Source: an uncultured Planctomycetia bacterium (GTDB lineage: Bacteria > Omnitrophota > Gorgyraeia > 2-01-FULL-45-10). From it: DNA of 64,000 nt. Position 1 is the first letter of the stretch. Every line of letters begins with the position of its first letter. The notes beneath the pieces are model-generated. The model was not told where the DNA came from. It did not search any database and was given only the letters and a program-made list of their open reading frames with translations. Position numbers and translations under genes: made by a program. The stretch lies in the NCBI GenBank assembly GCA_964433975.1, contig CAYSSS010000002.1:34441-98440 (forward strand). Reading direction: 5' to 3'. Below are positions 38,101-44,340 of this stretch, in pieces.

Positions 38101-41098
38101 AAGGGCAGAAGCCTTGGCGCTTCAGACGCAAGTTGAGTTGCTTGAGGCCGCGGACTATAGGTCGGATATCAGCAATGTGACCGACCAGATGTTGAAAGCC
38201 GGATATGAGCCTGCTAATATAAAGAAGCTCATATCCATGCAAATTGATGCAGCCGCGCAGAGAGAGATTGCTAAAAAAGCACCTGGTGTTACAGTGGAGC
38301 TGCCGGTGGCCCTGTCGGATGAATTAGTGGCACGGATGACGAATATAATAAGTACGATGGCCACGCAGACAGGCCGATGGGCGACTGAGCAATTTGTCGA
38401 CGGTGGAAAGACTATGCTCGGATGGATGAATCTTGGCGCCTGGAGAAACGGCCCGATGGCAAGTATGATGCAGGATATGGCCGATTTTGCGCGACAGGTG
38501 CAGGAAGAAAAAGCGAGAAAAGACTCGAAAGATCCGGAAGAAATAGCAAAGGGCGTAACGACGGACATCGTGTTTATCGGCCAGGGAGGGTCGGTAGAGT
38601 GCATCAAGACATTAAGCGCTATTTTTGGCGTCAGTAAAAAAGCGCCGAATATCCATATCATAGATACGACTGACGAGGAGTATATCGGACAGCTTAAAGA
38701 AACGCTGCCTTATAAGACCACGAGGTTTGTGGTCCTGTCAAAGTCTATGACAACAGGCGAAGTCCATTCCGGATATAAATTATTCTTTGACGACGCGATG
38801 AAGAGGACTGGTTTAAGCGAAAAGGAAGTCGCAGAGAAATTTACCCTTATTACAGATAGTGGTAAGGCATCGGTTAGTAAAGTTTCCGGAAAAACAGTTT
38901 TAACCGTAAGCGAAAAAGTCAGAGAGCCGTTCAGAACGGAAGTATTGAAGCGTGGCTTTTCCAATGTCTTTTATATCGAGCCGAACACCGGCGGGCGTTA
39001 CTCATGGGATACCGCCGTCGGAATACTGCCGGCAATGATCATGAGCGAAGATATTGGGAATGTAAATAAAGTGTTAAATGGCGCACAGGGCATGGAGGAA
39101 ACGGCAAAGAACCCATATTTCGCGGATAATGCCGCGGCCCAGTACGGCGCGTTCAAGTACGCGATGCAGCTTGAAGGGCGCAATCGCCCGACGCTGGTAC
39201 TCCCTGACGAGATCGCGGGCTACGGGCCATGGTATGGCCAGCTGGATACGGAGAGTCTGGGCAAGACAAATGAAAGGTCAAGCGTTGTCATAGACCATGA
39301 AGCGTTTGCCGTAAATCCCGAAGTCTATACCCAGAAACGATTCTTCGTGCGCGTTAAACTTGGAGCAAGTGATACAAGACTCGATGGCGCCGTGAGGAAG
39401 CTCAAATCCTACGATTTGCCGGTATTTACAATAACTCTTCCCAATTCATCTCCCGGTAAAGTCAACTACGAGGACTTCGGGGCGTTCCTTAAATTAAGCG
39501 AATTCGCTACGGCTATCGCCGGATATCTTATGGATATAAACCCTGTCAATCAGCCCGGGGTGGAATCGTATAAGAGGGCGCAGGAGCTCTATCTTAAGAA
39601 CGGCGTACCGGCATTCAACCCTGCGTACACAACCACATCCGGCGCAATAACGCTCAATTATGAAGCGGCTATAGGTGAAGAGAGCGAAGGCAGGATAAGC
39701 AAGGCAAGGCTTGAAGAGGCGTTGAAGAGCCTGGGCAGTTCGACCGCCGCCGCGAAATACGCGGCCCTTACCTATCTGGCAGTTACGGAACACGGGCGTG
39801 ATTATGCCACCATGATGATATTCAAAAAGCTCGCTTTGCAGCCGTCCCTCACAGAATCGCTGAACTCATGGCGCAAAAGCGTGCGTCTGGCGTTCACGCA
39901 AACAAACTTCAGGGTAGATACTCTGGGAGAAGAGGCGCCGTGCATTCTGCATGCCAAACAGCAAGGTTTCTCGCAGGGTGAGAATTCGGGCTTCTTTACG
40001 ATCGTGCGTTTTTCGCAGTACGGTAATAACAACATAGTGGTTCCGGGTTCAGAAGAAAATTACGGCGCAAAGCGGACATTTTCCGAATTTACCAAAGCGC
40101 AGGCCGCCGGCACACTGGCAGCCTTAAGCGAAGCCAAGCGGCTTGGAGTCATGGTGGAGATAGACAATAGCAAACCCGAAAATATTGACAAGAATGTTCA
40201 GGCATTCGCGGATTTTGTCGAAGAGGCCAACAAGCATCTGGATAAACTGGTCGAGCTTTCACAAGAAAATACGCCAAAGCCCATTGCTACCATGACAGCG
40301 CCACCGGAGAGTACCGCTAAGGCCATAGTAGAGCCGACCAATACGGAATTGACAGGGACTTCGTCGATAGATACATATGCCAGTTTACCCGTCAGCGAAA
40401 AAGTCGAAAGAATAATCGCCAAAGTTCTCCAGCAAAAGGGCACGGCTATTTCGCCGGCGATCGTTCAAAGAATGAAAGTTGAGCTGACAGCTTTAGAAAA
40501 CACTATTGGCAGCATAGGTCTACCTAATATAGAACGCAAGCCAATAATCATTGCCCACGATACTGGGCTTGATCCGGAGTCCGATACGACAGACGTCGCC
40601 CAGGCCGCAGAGGCCTACCTCGAAGAGCATTACGGCGGAAAGTTTATAGTCGCGAGGGGTAAAGGCGAAAAACTGATCGAACAGATCCGTATCGCAAGGT
40701 CCAGATTAAACGATGAAAATGCAGCCGTTGTTACTATCGCCGGAGACGAAACTCTCGACGCCATAAAAGCGGCCGCTGCGAAGTCATCTAATACAAGCGT
40801 AAAGGACTTGGCAGGGACGATCCTGAACGTACAGATAAATCCTAGCGAACCTTATGTTCCGTTCGTGATGTTATATAGCCTTGCCTTCAGAATAGTATAT
40901 GATCAAGTGGACGACGATACGGTAAGTCTCCTGAATGCGTTCATGGATTATGTGACCGCAGGCGATAATGTACAACCGTTTACTTCAGCCGATCTGAAGC
41001 AGGGCATTATAAGAATATTACCCAGGACGGGACGCATAAATCCTACCGAGGCGCGCGAAGCATATCTCGCGCAAGCCGCAGCTCTGAGATCGTTGTAA
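30566..41098 (+). CDS. Giant (3,510 aa) exported protein fusing the N-module with UDP-sugar pyrophosphorylase, phosphohexomutase and glucose-6-phosphate isomerase, plus the shared C-terminal domain
   Basis: Uninterrupted 10.5-kb ORF. GTG 30566 lies 6 nt after GGAGG; the alternative start ATG 30590 gives MARLKKVVAIVLLPTFILSNIAFA|ETSK. Domain motifs are in the sub-features. C-terminal tail GIIRILPRTGRINPTEAREAYLAQAAALRSL, then TAA 41096-41098. Confidence 0.92.
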   Translation: MILPRLTTMARLKKVVAIVLLPTFILSNIAFAETSKVATTNTPSKPVETVTNPDKIVIPRDYGLVKSRYTAKDSNRLIVHIQDAHCNYEAQSNIIKILECLVKNDGLSLVSVEGADGFIDTSWFKAFPDKDIRKEVADYFMKKGEITGPEFLSITTNSNIRLFGAETRSYYIENLNAFTSSYPLKEDTEKYFNQIKAVLNKLKAYIYSEELKELDLKSQDYESKKLSFTDYVKYLETLGSRYKVAVRPYENLFKLISVLVYEKKIDFNVVDKERAAVIDTITKKLDKESLTELVNKSLEFKSGKISSAEYYDYLRALAVKYGISLSSEYPNLFNYIIYNPVYSRIENEHLFDDIKKFEEALKEKIFANNDQRELERLSRHINTLLGLANIKLLNGDFDYYKEHRDEFSHEAFASFINKMSGRYGFAYEVDQPSEAVKESMPKLEDFYSIAIKRDKALVDNTLNAMNKEDARISVLVTGGFHSEGITKLLEKQGVSYIVICPNITKEVETPYIKILTNQRTPLEEILSDTGATADTKSVKGNMLAPFSIAWAIGLDEKQLNRVSQAVLRSDLHGTTIAMKDRWLGLNLKNWIYRALQYAKKYNIPADKEIVRNAYIAAMRQTAGTLKNFVHDKTERIIADPNFKSVFDEVFDTFQNPAQDKPAQGEVKAPDTSVREKSVKATLGDDSIDPIIRDYKTKKTTIWDDGKSTTGNAGYIQIITLLKSIVNDLDDEVFRSILEDGLINAGSDERLINAFTKENLLKNLEPSSDFKVILVQPKDQIPGIRIPGILMTRPGSNFGHYSLNNKCIYTGQTEIDELLADGSSESLREAATLLMHELAEYTVRSIAAPGTKAEHGEDAGDISLKVHRIAELLERRIVGPSKIHKDDNILSALDDTLEIRTMTYFDSITPHLLEEAKKMFNLKDVDVMYLGQIWSQYLKRNKPSPKIITDLSIIQHPKYDPDGIDPNFILMSMLLELAPAERARLGLTEEAMEKLIAKEYPKLKTETNRLKAANDIVLTINSLDGGIGENFGRLKWLQERAKAAGKSPKEIKNIRMTAKGTDIGFDVEYKGKKEFVSIAELKLMQVIELARQCKFLHIRFQPLVNWQSKEAYDTLLNTYCLDDRVDDRVDDGKKSKKTYGRVMQELGINILDMIEQADLPAVKKNMGNISLSPHATRQPGGHGQFGFLFLYDSFFNSALDTQKEDGKTHIRVFYNGDNPNSHADPYVAGEMARKHWPIVKLTTLAMPIDKKGGKDGVRVIKEGNEITFVPAQMEEGDAKSAKQLPVFHKAGLPGGLGKSGQQPFNTNIFYINTTVLHDILKELLELRDGNGKEIITKEEFCRIISPTLIDKAGKVSTDGREYIPLDGAIGTAMLNLNEFFLTSKDPRVKDILSPYGIDRIVYCVNVPRTEFFTPNKTCSDGWMQFYSDYYTRLDTTDWMLHDREGKTEPPEFDVIDDEMYWNELQNLVDSFGNASVRGPEGSNLVLKSLRIRGAVKLKDAQLTGDVVIINKSDKNVDLTKANELASYLQGSRLALNDILIIVEKDGTITYRSLAELYEHDENTVKGILVDLGVPQGVIDFMLISMAAAKLSAERNGTGAIRGKGGELTLTEHGTRTYGISASQVLLANEMKGEATVNGAIAKLVMAKKAFTFLPDYQRLISSDKILPVWECGLNSLNDTQEDNVAQLYKIIGKSGLNFVIIKGLRKEIEARVPSAADLIFHPGVTRKYVYMDENDFLHLLLFSNGVELIREALEHEKADIDNPGLSEEAIEKIAPTNNVRLALKMKDLNVKALLRTAKTEVEKYLTAQHDSREITDEIYESAKATYKNLEAWVTDEHINRVSPMTRLAILDAIKQAIQDGNWFDIVDVFRQDVTFGTAGIREKAALTEEALKKLAQYGPGAGILKGPNTINDIVLLIKTAGVIQYAKKNGLHKVAIGYDSRIAGKQFAELIAQSFLAHSTKGHEFTIYMFDEASPFPELSFAVTTKNVRADLGILISASHNPSNYNGYKITNYTGMQLAGNMRDAIVDAIKGVTTKDIQLKPIEEAKDGQLIWLGGKERIVGKDYKDGKYHRQLIDMHTLHVEQVKKFIIDRDVVRQYAPRVKVGYAAFNGAGYRAVPRLLQELGFTDTKVISSLQEMNGMFPAFGWGEQPDPGDPISADIAVREFVKEHGQRAFDDLDILIGTDPDADRAGLIVKVPEPQQKFFGKYKLLSANDAWTLLLWYRMQRETELNGGKLPDAGNKYITFSHVTTDALERVGKLFGVDSLGEMKNKEGEEAGDYLNGKRSWVGFSLIAEFCQEARAAGKTNLGGAEESNGFSILGGPIAQGEILANDGHVNDKDGAFAALLLAEVTAYAKSKGTTLFGLLDNIYLNPGVGYFATANKPMPRVGAFKGAEGITKKMNLLKQAQAWMKEANGKVGTGSPFMLAGLPVIGAIEFKTAKYDEQHYAGFPDEGIRFFFADPDLKPGDPFTKSRNYITIRPAGTSQTLRFYVQLFADDIDGQNIGNVKYRDMRRAEALALQTQVELLEAADYRSDISNVTDQMLKAGYEPANIKKLISMQIDAAAQREIAKKAPGVTVELPVALSDELVARMTNIISTMATQTGRWATEQFVDGGKTMLGWMNLGAWRNGPMASMMQDMADFARQVQEEKARKDSKDPEEIAKGVTTDIVFIGQGGSVECIKTLSAIFGVSKKAPNIHIIDTTDEEYIGQLKETLPYKTTRFVVLSKSMTTGEVHSGYKLFFDDAMKRTGLSEKEVAEKFTLITDSGKASVSKVSGKTVLTVSEKVREPFRTEVLKRGFSNVFYIEPNTGGRYSWDTAVGILPAMIMSEDIGNVNKVLNGAQGMEETAKNPYFADNAAAQYGAFKYAMQLEGRNRPTLVLPDEIAGYGPWYGQLDTESLGKTNERSSVVIDHEAFAVNPEVYTQKRFFVRVKLGASDTRLDGAVRKLKSYDLPVFTITLPNSSPGKVNYEDFGAFLKLSEFATAIAGYLMDINPVNQPGVESYKRAQELYLKNGVPAFNPAYTTTSGAITLNYEAAIGEESEGRISKARLEEALKSLGSSTAAAKYAALTYLAVTEHGRDYATMMIFKKLALQPSLTESLNSWRKSVRLAFTQTNFRVDTLGEEAPCILHAKQQGFSQGENSGFFTIVRFSQYGNNNIVVPGSEENYGAKRTFSEFTKAQAAGTLAALSEAKRLGVMVEIDNSKPENIDKNVQAFADFVEEANKHLDKLVELSQENTPKPIATMTAPPESTAKAIVEPTNTELTGTSSIDTYASLPVSEKVERIIAKVLQQKGTAISPAIVQRMKVELTALENTIGSIGLPNIERKPIIIAHDTGLDPESDTTDVAQAAEAYLEEHYGGKFIVARGKGEKLIEQIRIARSRLNDENAAVVTIAGDETLDAIKAAAAKSSNTSVKDLAGTILNVQINPSEPYVPFVMLYSLAFRIVYDQVDDDTVSLLNAFMDYVTAGDNVQPFTSADLKQGIIRILPRTGRINPTEAREAYLAQAAALRSL
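33540..35150 (+). other. UDPGP-family (eukaryotic-type) UTP-sugar-1-phosphate uridylyltransferase domain
   Basis: LTINSLDGGIGENFG (compare LNGGLGTxMG), QPGGHGQFG (compare PxGHGD), RVFYNGDNPNS (compare NxDNLGA), IDKKGGKDG (compare KGG), QPFNTNIFYIN (compare FNTNNxW). A beta-helix-like tail follows (LKSLRIRGAVKLKDAQLTGDVVIIN). Confidence 0.75.
36040..38060 (+). other. Alpha-D-phosphohexomutase (PGM2/PgcA-like phosphoglucomutase/phosphomannomutase) domain
   Basis: All four family loops are present in order: FGTAGIRE; GILISASHNPSNYNGYK (phospho-Ser codon 36557-36559); IGTDPDADRAGL (metal loop); GGAEESNGFS (sugar loop); IRPAGTSQTLRFYVQ (phosphate loop). Confidence 0.88.
38400..40160 (+). other. 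Glucose-6-phosphate isomerase (PGI) domain
   Basis: IVFIGQGGSVECIKTL (compare IGIGGSxLG), FVVLSKSMTTGEV (compare SKSGTTxET), NTGGRYSWDTAVGILPA (compare GGRxSxxSxxGxxP), WYGQLDTESLGK (compare QLxMESxGK). Confidence 0.82.
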
Positions 41099-41122
41099 CA
41101 TATCCATAAAAGGGGTCAGGCC

Positions 41123-41168
41123 CGCCTGCCAGCAAGCAAATGACTTCAGGCGGGCAGGCGCTTTTTAT
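41123..41168 (+). terminator. Candidate intrinsic terminator after the 30566 gene
   Basis: A perfect 8-bp GC-rich stem, CGCCTGCC (41123-41130) with GGCAGGCG (41153-41160), is followed directly by CTTTTTAT (41161-41168). The 22-nt loop is large, which lowers confidence. Confidence 0.5.
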
Positions 41169-41323
41169 ATAGGCACCTGATTCTTTTTCTTTTTTCATCA
41201 TATCCCATCAGTATTTTCCGATCAACTAATCTAGCTTCTTACTACACCGGCCCGGCGTAGGTGGTGTAGTTGTGCTTGATGTGCCAAATTGGCGCCTCAA
41301 GTTATTGCGGCCCCTGTTATTTA

Positions 41324-41351
41324 TTGACAAGTGGCTGGAATTTGGTAACAT
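41324..41351 (+). promoter_or_regulatory. Candidate extended -10 promoter for the lipoprotein/CBM pair (would give a leaderless or near-leaderless mRNA)
   Basis: TTGACA (41324-41329), 16-nt spacer ending in TGg (41343-41345), then TAACAT (41346-41351). ATG 41358 lies 6 nt after the -10 element. Confidence 0.4.
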
Positions 41352-41357
41352 GATATT

Positions 41358-41615
41358 ATGCATCAACTCATGCGATCCAAGGAAAGAAACCTCTTCATAT
41401 ATATAGCCGTGATGGCTACTATCGTTATCTGCGTATATGGCTGCAGCAGCGCGCCCGCGAAGGTGAGCAGGATAAACTTAAGAAGCGAAGAGGATGTGCT
41501 CAATGAGACCAGGGCAAATGTTGAAAGACATTTAAATGACGACGGCATCGTGCGGGCTAAGCCGAAAGAAGTTAATGAGCCCGCAACCATAGAAACTCCC
41601 GCCAAAAACGATTAA
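41358..41615 (+). CDS. Small putative lipoprotein (85 aa)
   Basis: Its signal is MHQLMRSKERNLFIYIAVMATIVICVYG|CSS: a basic n-region, a hydrophobic core and the lipobox-like V-Y-G-C. The rest is hydrophilic. No SD is visible (see the leaderless hypothesis). Confidence 0.55.
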   Translation: MHQLMRSKERNLFIYIAVMATIVICVYGCSSAPAKVSRINLRSEEDVLNETRANVERHLNDDGIVRAKPKEVNEPATIETPAKND

Positions 41616-41662
41616 ACCGTCCGAAGAGAGAGGTAGTTATTTTTAAAAGATACGTACGTATA

Positions 41663-42199
41663 TTGATTATCGCTATCTTATTGGCCGCGCTTACGCAGGT
41701 TGGCTCTTTCGCGGCAGTGAAATCGGACTCGGGCGATCTTTTGATAGCCGATTTTAACACCCGCGGCAAGATCAACACCCGTCGCTGTACCGGATCTTTC
41801 GATAGCGCGATCAGGCGCGGCGACTCAGGGTACTCGCTTAAGATCAAATACGACGTATATTCCAGGAGTCCAGTGTATAGCTCGGTGCGGATAGCGCTAC
41901 CGGACATCGATGCCTCAGATTACGATAATCTTTCATTCTGGCTGAAAGGTAACGGCAAGACGGGTTACAGCACCGTATTCAAGATCGAGCTTGAGAGCTC
42001 AGGAGGGCAGGCGGGCTATCACTACGTAACCAGTGTAATCGATCACTGGCAGGAGATCGTCATTCCTCTATCCAAATTCAAAGGTTTAACGGATATTTCC
42101 AGCCTGACAGCGCTTTCTGTAGTCTTTGAAGATAAGATAGCCTCGAATAAAAGGGGAGTTATCTACATAGATGACCTCAGATTTACCATGAATAAGTAA
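41663..42199 (+). CDS. Secreted CBM11/CIA30-like beta-sandwich (carbohydrate-binding-module-like) protein
   Basis: LIADFN...GDSGYSLKIKYDV...LPDIDASDYDNLSFWLKGNGKTGYSTVFKIELES...HWQEIVIPLSKFKGLTDISSLTALSVVFE...GVIYIDDLRF fits the CBM11/CIA30 pattern. The track start, TTG 41663, lacks an n-region and an SD. ATT 41639, 5 nt after the SD AGAGAGGT, would give MFKRYVRILIIAILLAALTQVGSFA|AV. Confidence 0.65.
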   Translation: MIIAILLAALTQVGSFAAVKSDSGDLLIADFNTRGKINTRRCTGSFDSAIRRGDSGYSLKIKYDVYSRSPVYSSVRIALPDIDASDYDNLSFWLKGNGKTGYSTVFKIELESSGGQAGYHYVTSVIDHWQEIVIPLSKFKGLTDISSLTALSVVFEDKIASNKRGVIYIDDLRFTMNK

Positions 42200-42333
42200 T
42201 ATTTCAGTTTTTCAACATATGTCAAGACCTGCTTTTCTTCTCGCATGATCAAACACCACTCTAAAAACTGTAACTCATTATAAGCATTAGTGTTGTAAAA
42301 ATGTTAAAACACAAAAAAGTCAGTTGTCGCCTA

Positions 42334-42362
42334 TTGACTCTGTACCATAATAATGTTATACT
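42334..42362 (+). promoter_or_regulatory. Sigma70-type extended -10 promoter for the 42426 giant gene
   Basis: TTGACT (42334-42339), 17-nt spacer ending in TGt (42354-42356), then TATACT (42357-42362). It is followed by an A/C-rich leader (aataggaacaaaaaggcag...aacacaac) and the SD GAGGG (42410-42414). Confidence 0.55.
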
Positions 42363-42425
42363 TCAGGTGTAATAGGAACAAAAAGGCAGTTCTTAACACA
42401 ACATTTTTTGAGGGTGATATAAAAA

Positions 42426-44340
42426 ATGTTTGCTTGGCTAAGCCGAAGAGATTCGGCGAATAAAAATTCACTATCGGTCTTTAGTAATTTAGACCCGATA
42501 TCCACGCGCGAAGAGCTCGGCCGGAAATCTCTTATCATGGACTGGCAGAGCGCGCGAAACAAAAAATGGATCCGGGCCGTTGCACTTTTTTTAATAGCCT
42601 GTTTTATAAACCAGGATCTGGTTTGGGCACAGGAAGGCTCTCCCGTTTGGTCTAAAGGACAGAACGGGAATTTTGCTGTAAAGTCTCAAGTCCCCACCCC
42701 GCGTGGCGCAATACCAATACCCAAAGACGTTGCCGTAACGAAGGAAGTTTACAACTCCACCAATGGCAGCGATAATACCATAATAAACATTCAGGACGCC
42801 CACTCATCTTTAGCCGCTCAAGACTCCATAGTATCCATACTTGACTCATTAGTAACCAATTACGACCTGAGGCTGGTAGCCATAGAAGGCTCCACAGGTT
42901 ATATCGATACTTCTCTCCTAAGAACATTCCCCGATGAGACGATCCGCAAAAGGACGGCTCAATATCTTATGCGTAAAGGCAAGATGTCTGCCGGCGAATT
43001 CTTCGCCATTACTTCAAGTAAGCCCATAGCATTATACGGCATAGAAGATAACGCCCTCTATCGCGAGAACGTAGACCAGTTCCGTAAGATCTACGAGATA
43101 AACCTAGAGACGAAGAAGGATATGGACGGCCTCCTCAAAGCGCTGAACGGCCTGAAGGCCAGGATCTACACAAAAGAGCTGAGGGAGCTCGATGAAAACT
43201 CGGTACTTCATAAAGACGGCAAGATAGCCTTCAGCGACAGGTGGCAGCTTGTGTTAAAGCTGGCGAATAAGGTGAAGCTCGATTACAAGAAATACGAAAA
43301 CCTCTCGAAGCTCGTTGAGTCAATGAAGATGGAGAAGTCGATAGATTTTGAGATAGCCAATAAAGAGCGCGACGCCCTTATCGATACGTTGACCAAGAAG
43401 ATATCCAAGCAGGACCTCGAAGAGCTGATATTAAAATCGATAGCTTTCAAGAGCGGAAAGATCTACCAGGGTGACTACTATCAATTCCTGCAATCGCTTG
43501 CCCAGAAGTGGGGCATCCCTCCGGAGCCGTACAAGAACCTGATAACCTACACGGACTATATTACCCTCTACGAGTCGATAGATATCCTTGCCATATTCGA
43601 AGAGGTCAGGGCTTTTGAGGATGCGATCAAAGAGAAGCTCTTTACCACCAGCGAAGAGAGAAAGCTCCATGATATCTTAAGGTGCGTAGGTTTTGTGAAG
43701 GACCTCTTTGAACTGAAGCTCAATAACAACGACTTTGAATACCTCGACAAGAATATAAAGGTCTGCAATGCCCAAACGATAACCGATTTTATCAGGTCCT
43801 CCTCGGCCAAATACGGCCTTGTGCTGGAAGGCGATTACGATATCGGGAAGATATTCGATAATATTCCCACGGCCATAGGATTCTACAAGACTGCCGAGAT
43901 GAGGAACAATACGATGCTCTCCAATACTGTAAAGAGGATGAAAGATGAAGGGCGGGATCTGGCGGCATTGATCACAGGCGGATACCACACCAAAGGCCTT
44001 ACTCAACTCTTGAAAGAGAGAGAGACATCATACCTCGTAATACTTCCGAAATTTGACGCCTCAAAAGGCGAGAGGCCGTACGTGGCCATACTTACGAATA
44101 AGAAAGACGCCTACGAAGATATGCTCGAGAGCGGCAAGTATCAGGTGATGACGAACGCTTATTTCGGCGAGAATATCACAGATCCGGCTAAGGTCCAGGG
44201 ATTTGTGAGGGACGTGATAATGGTAAGCCTTGGCCAGGCAGCGATACAGGGTAAAGACATAAAGAGCGTAAAGAGGCTTTGGATAGACAGCTATAATAAT
44301 GCTTATGAAGACCTGAAGGCAAGAGGCATCATAAAAGATG
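42426..44340 (+). other. Shared N-terminal module, copy C (closest paralogue of copy A)
   Basis: IINIQDAHSSLAAQDSIVSILDSLVTNYDLRLVAIEGSTGYIDTSLLRTFPDE ... ALITGGYHTKGLTQLLKERETSYLVILPKFDASKGERPYVAILTNKKDAYEDM. A 44-nt DNA stretch (42825-42868) is 41/44 identical to 12984-13027. Confidence 0.8.
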
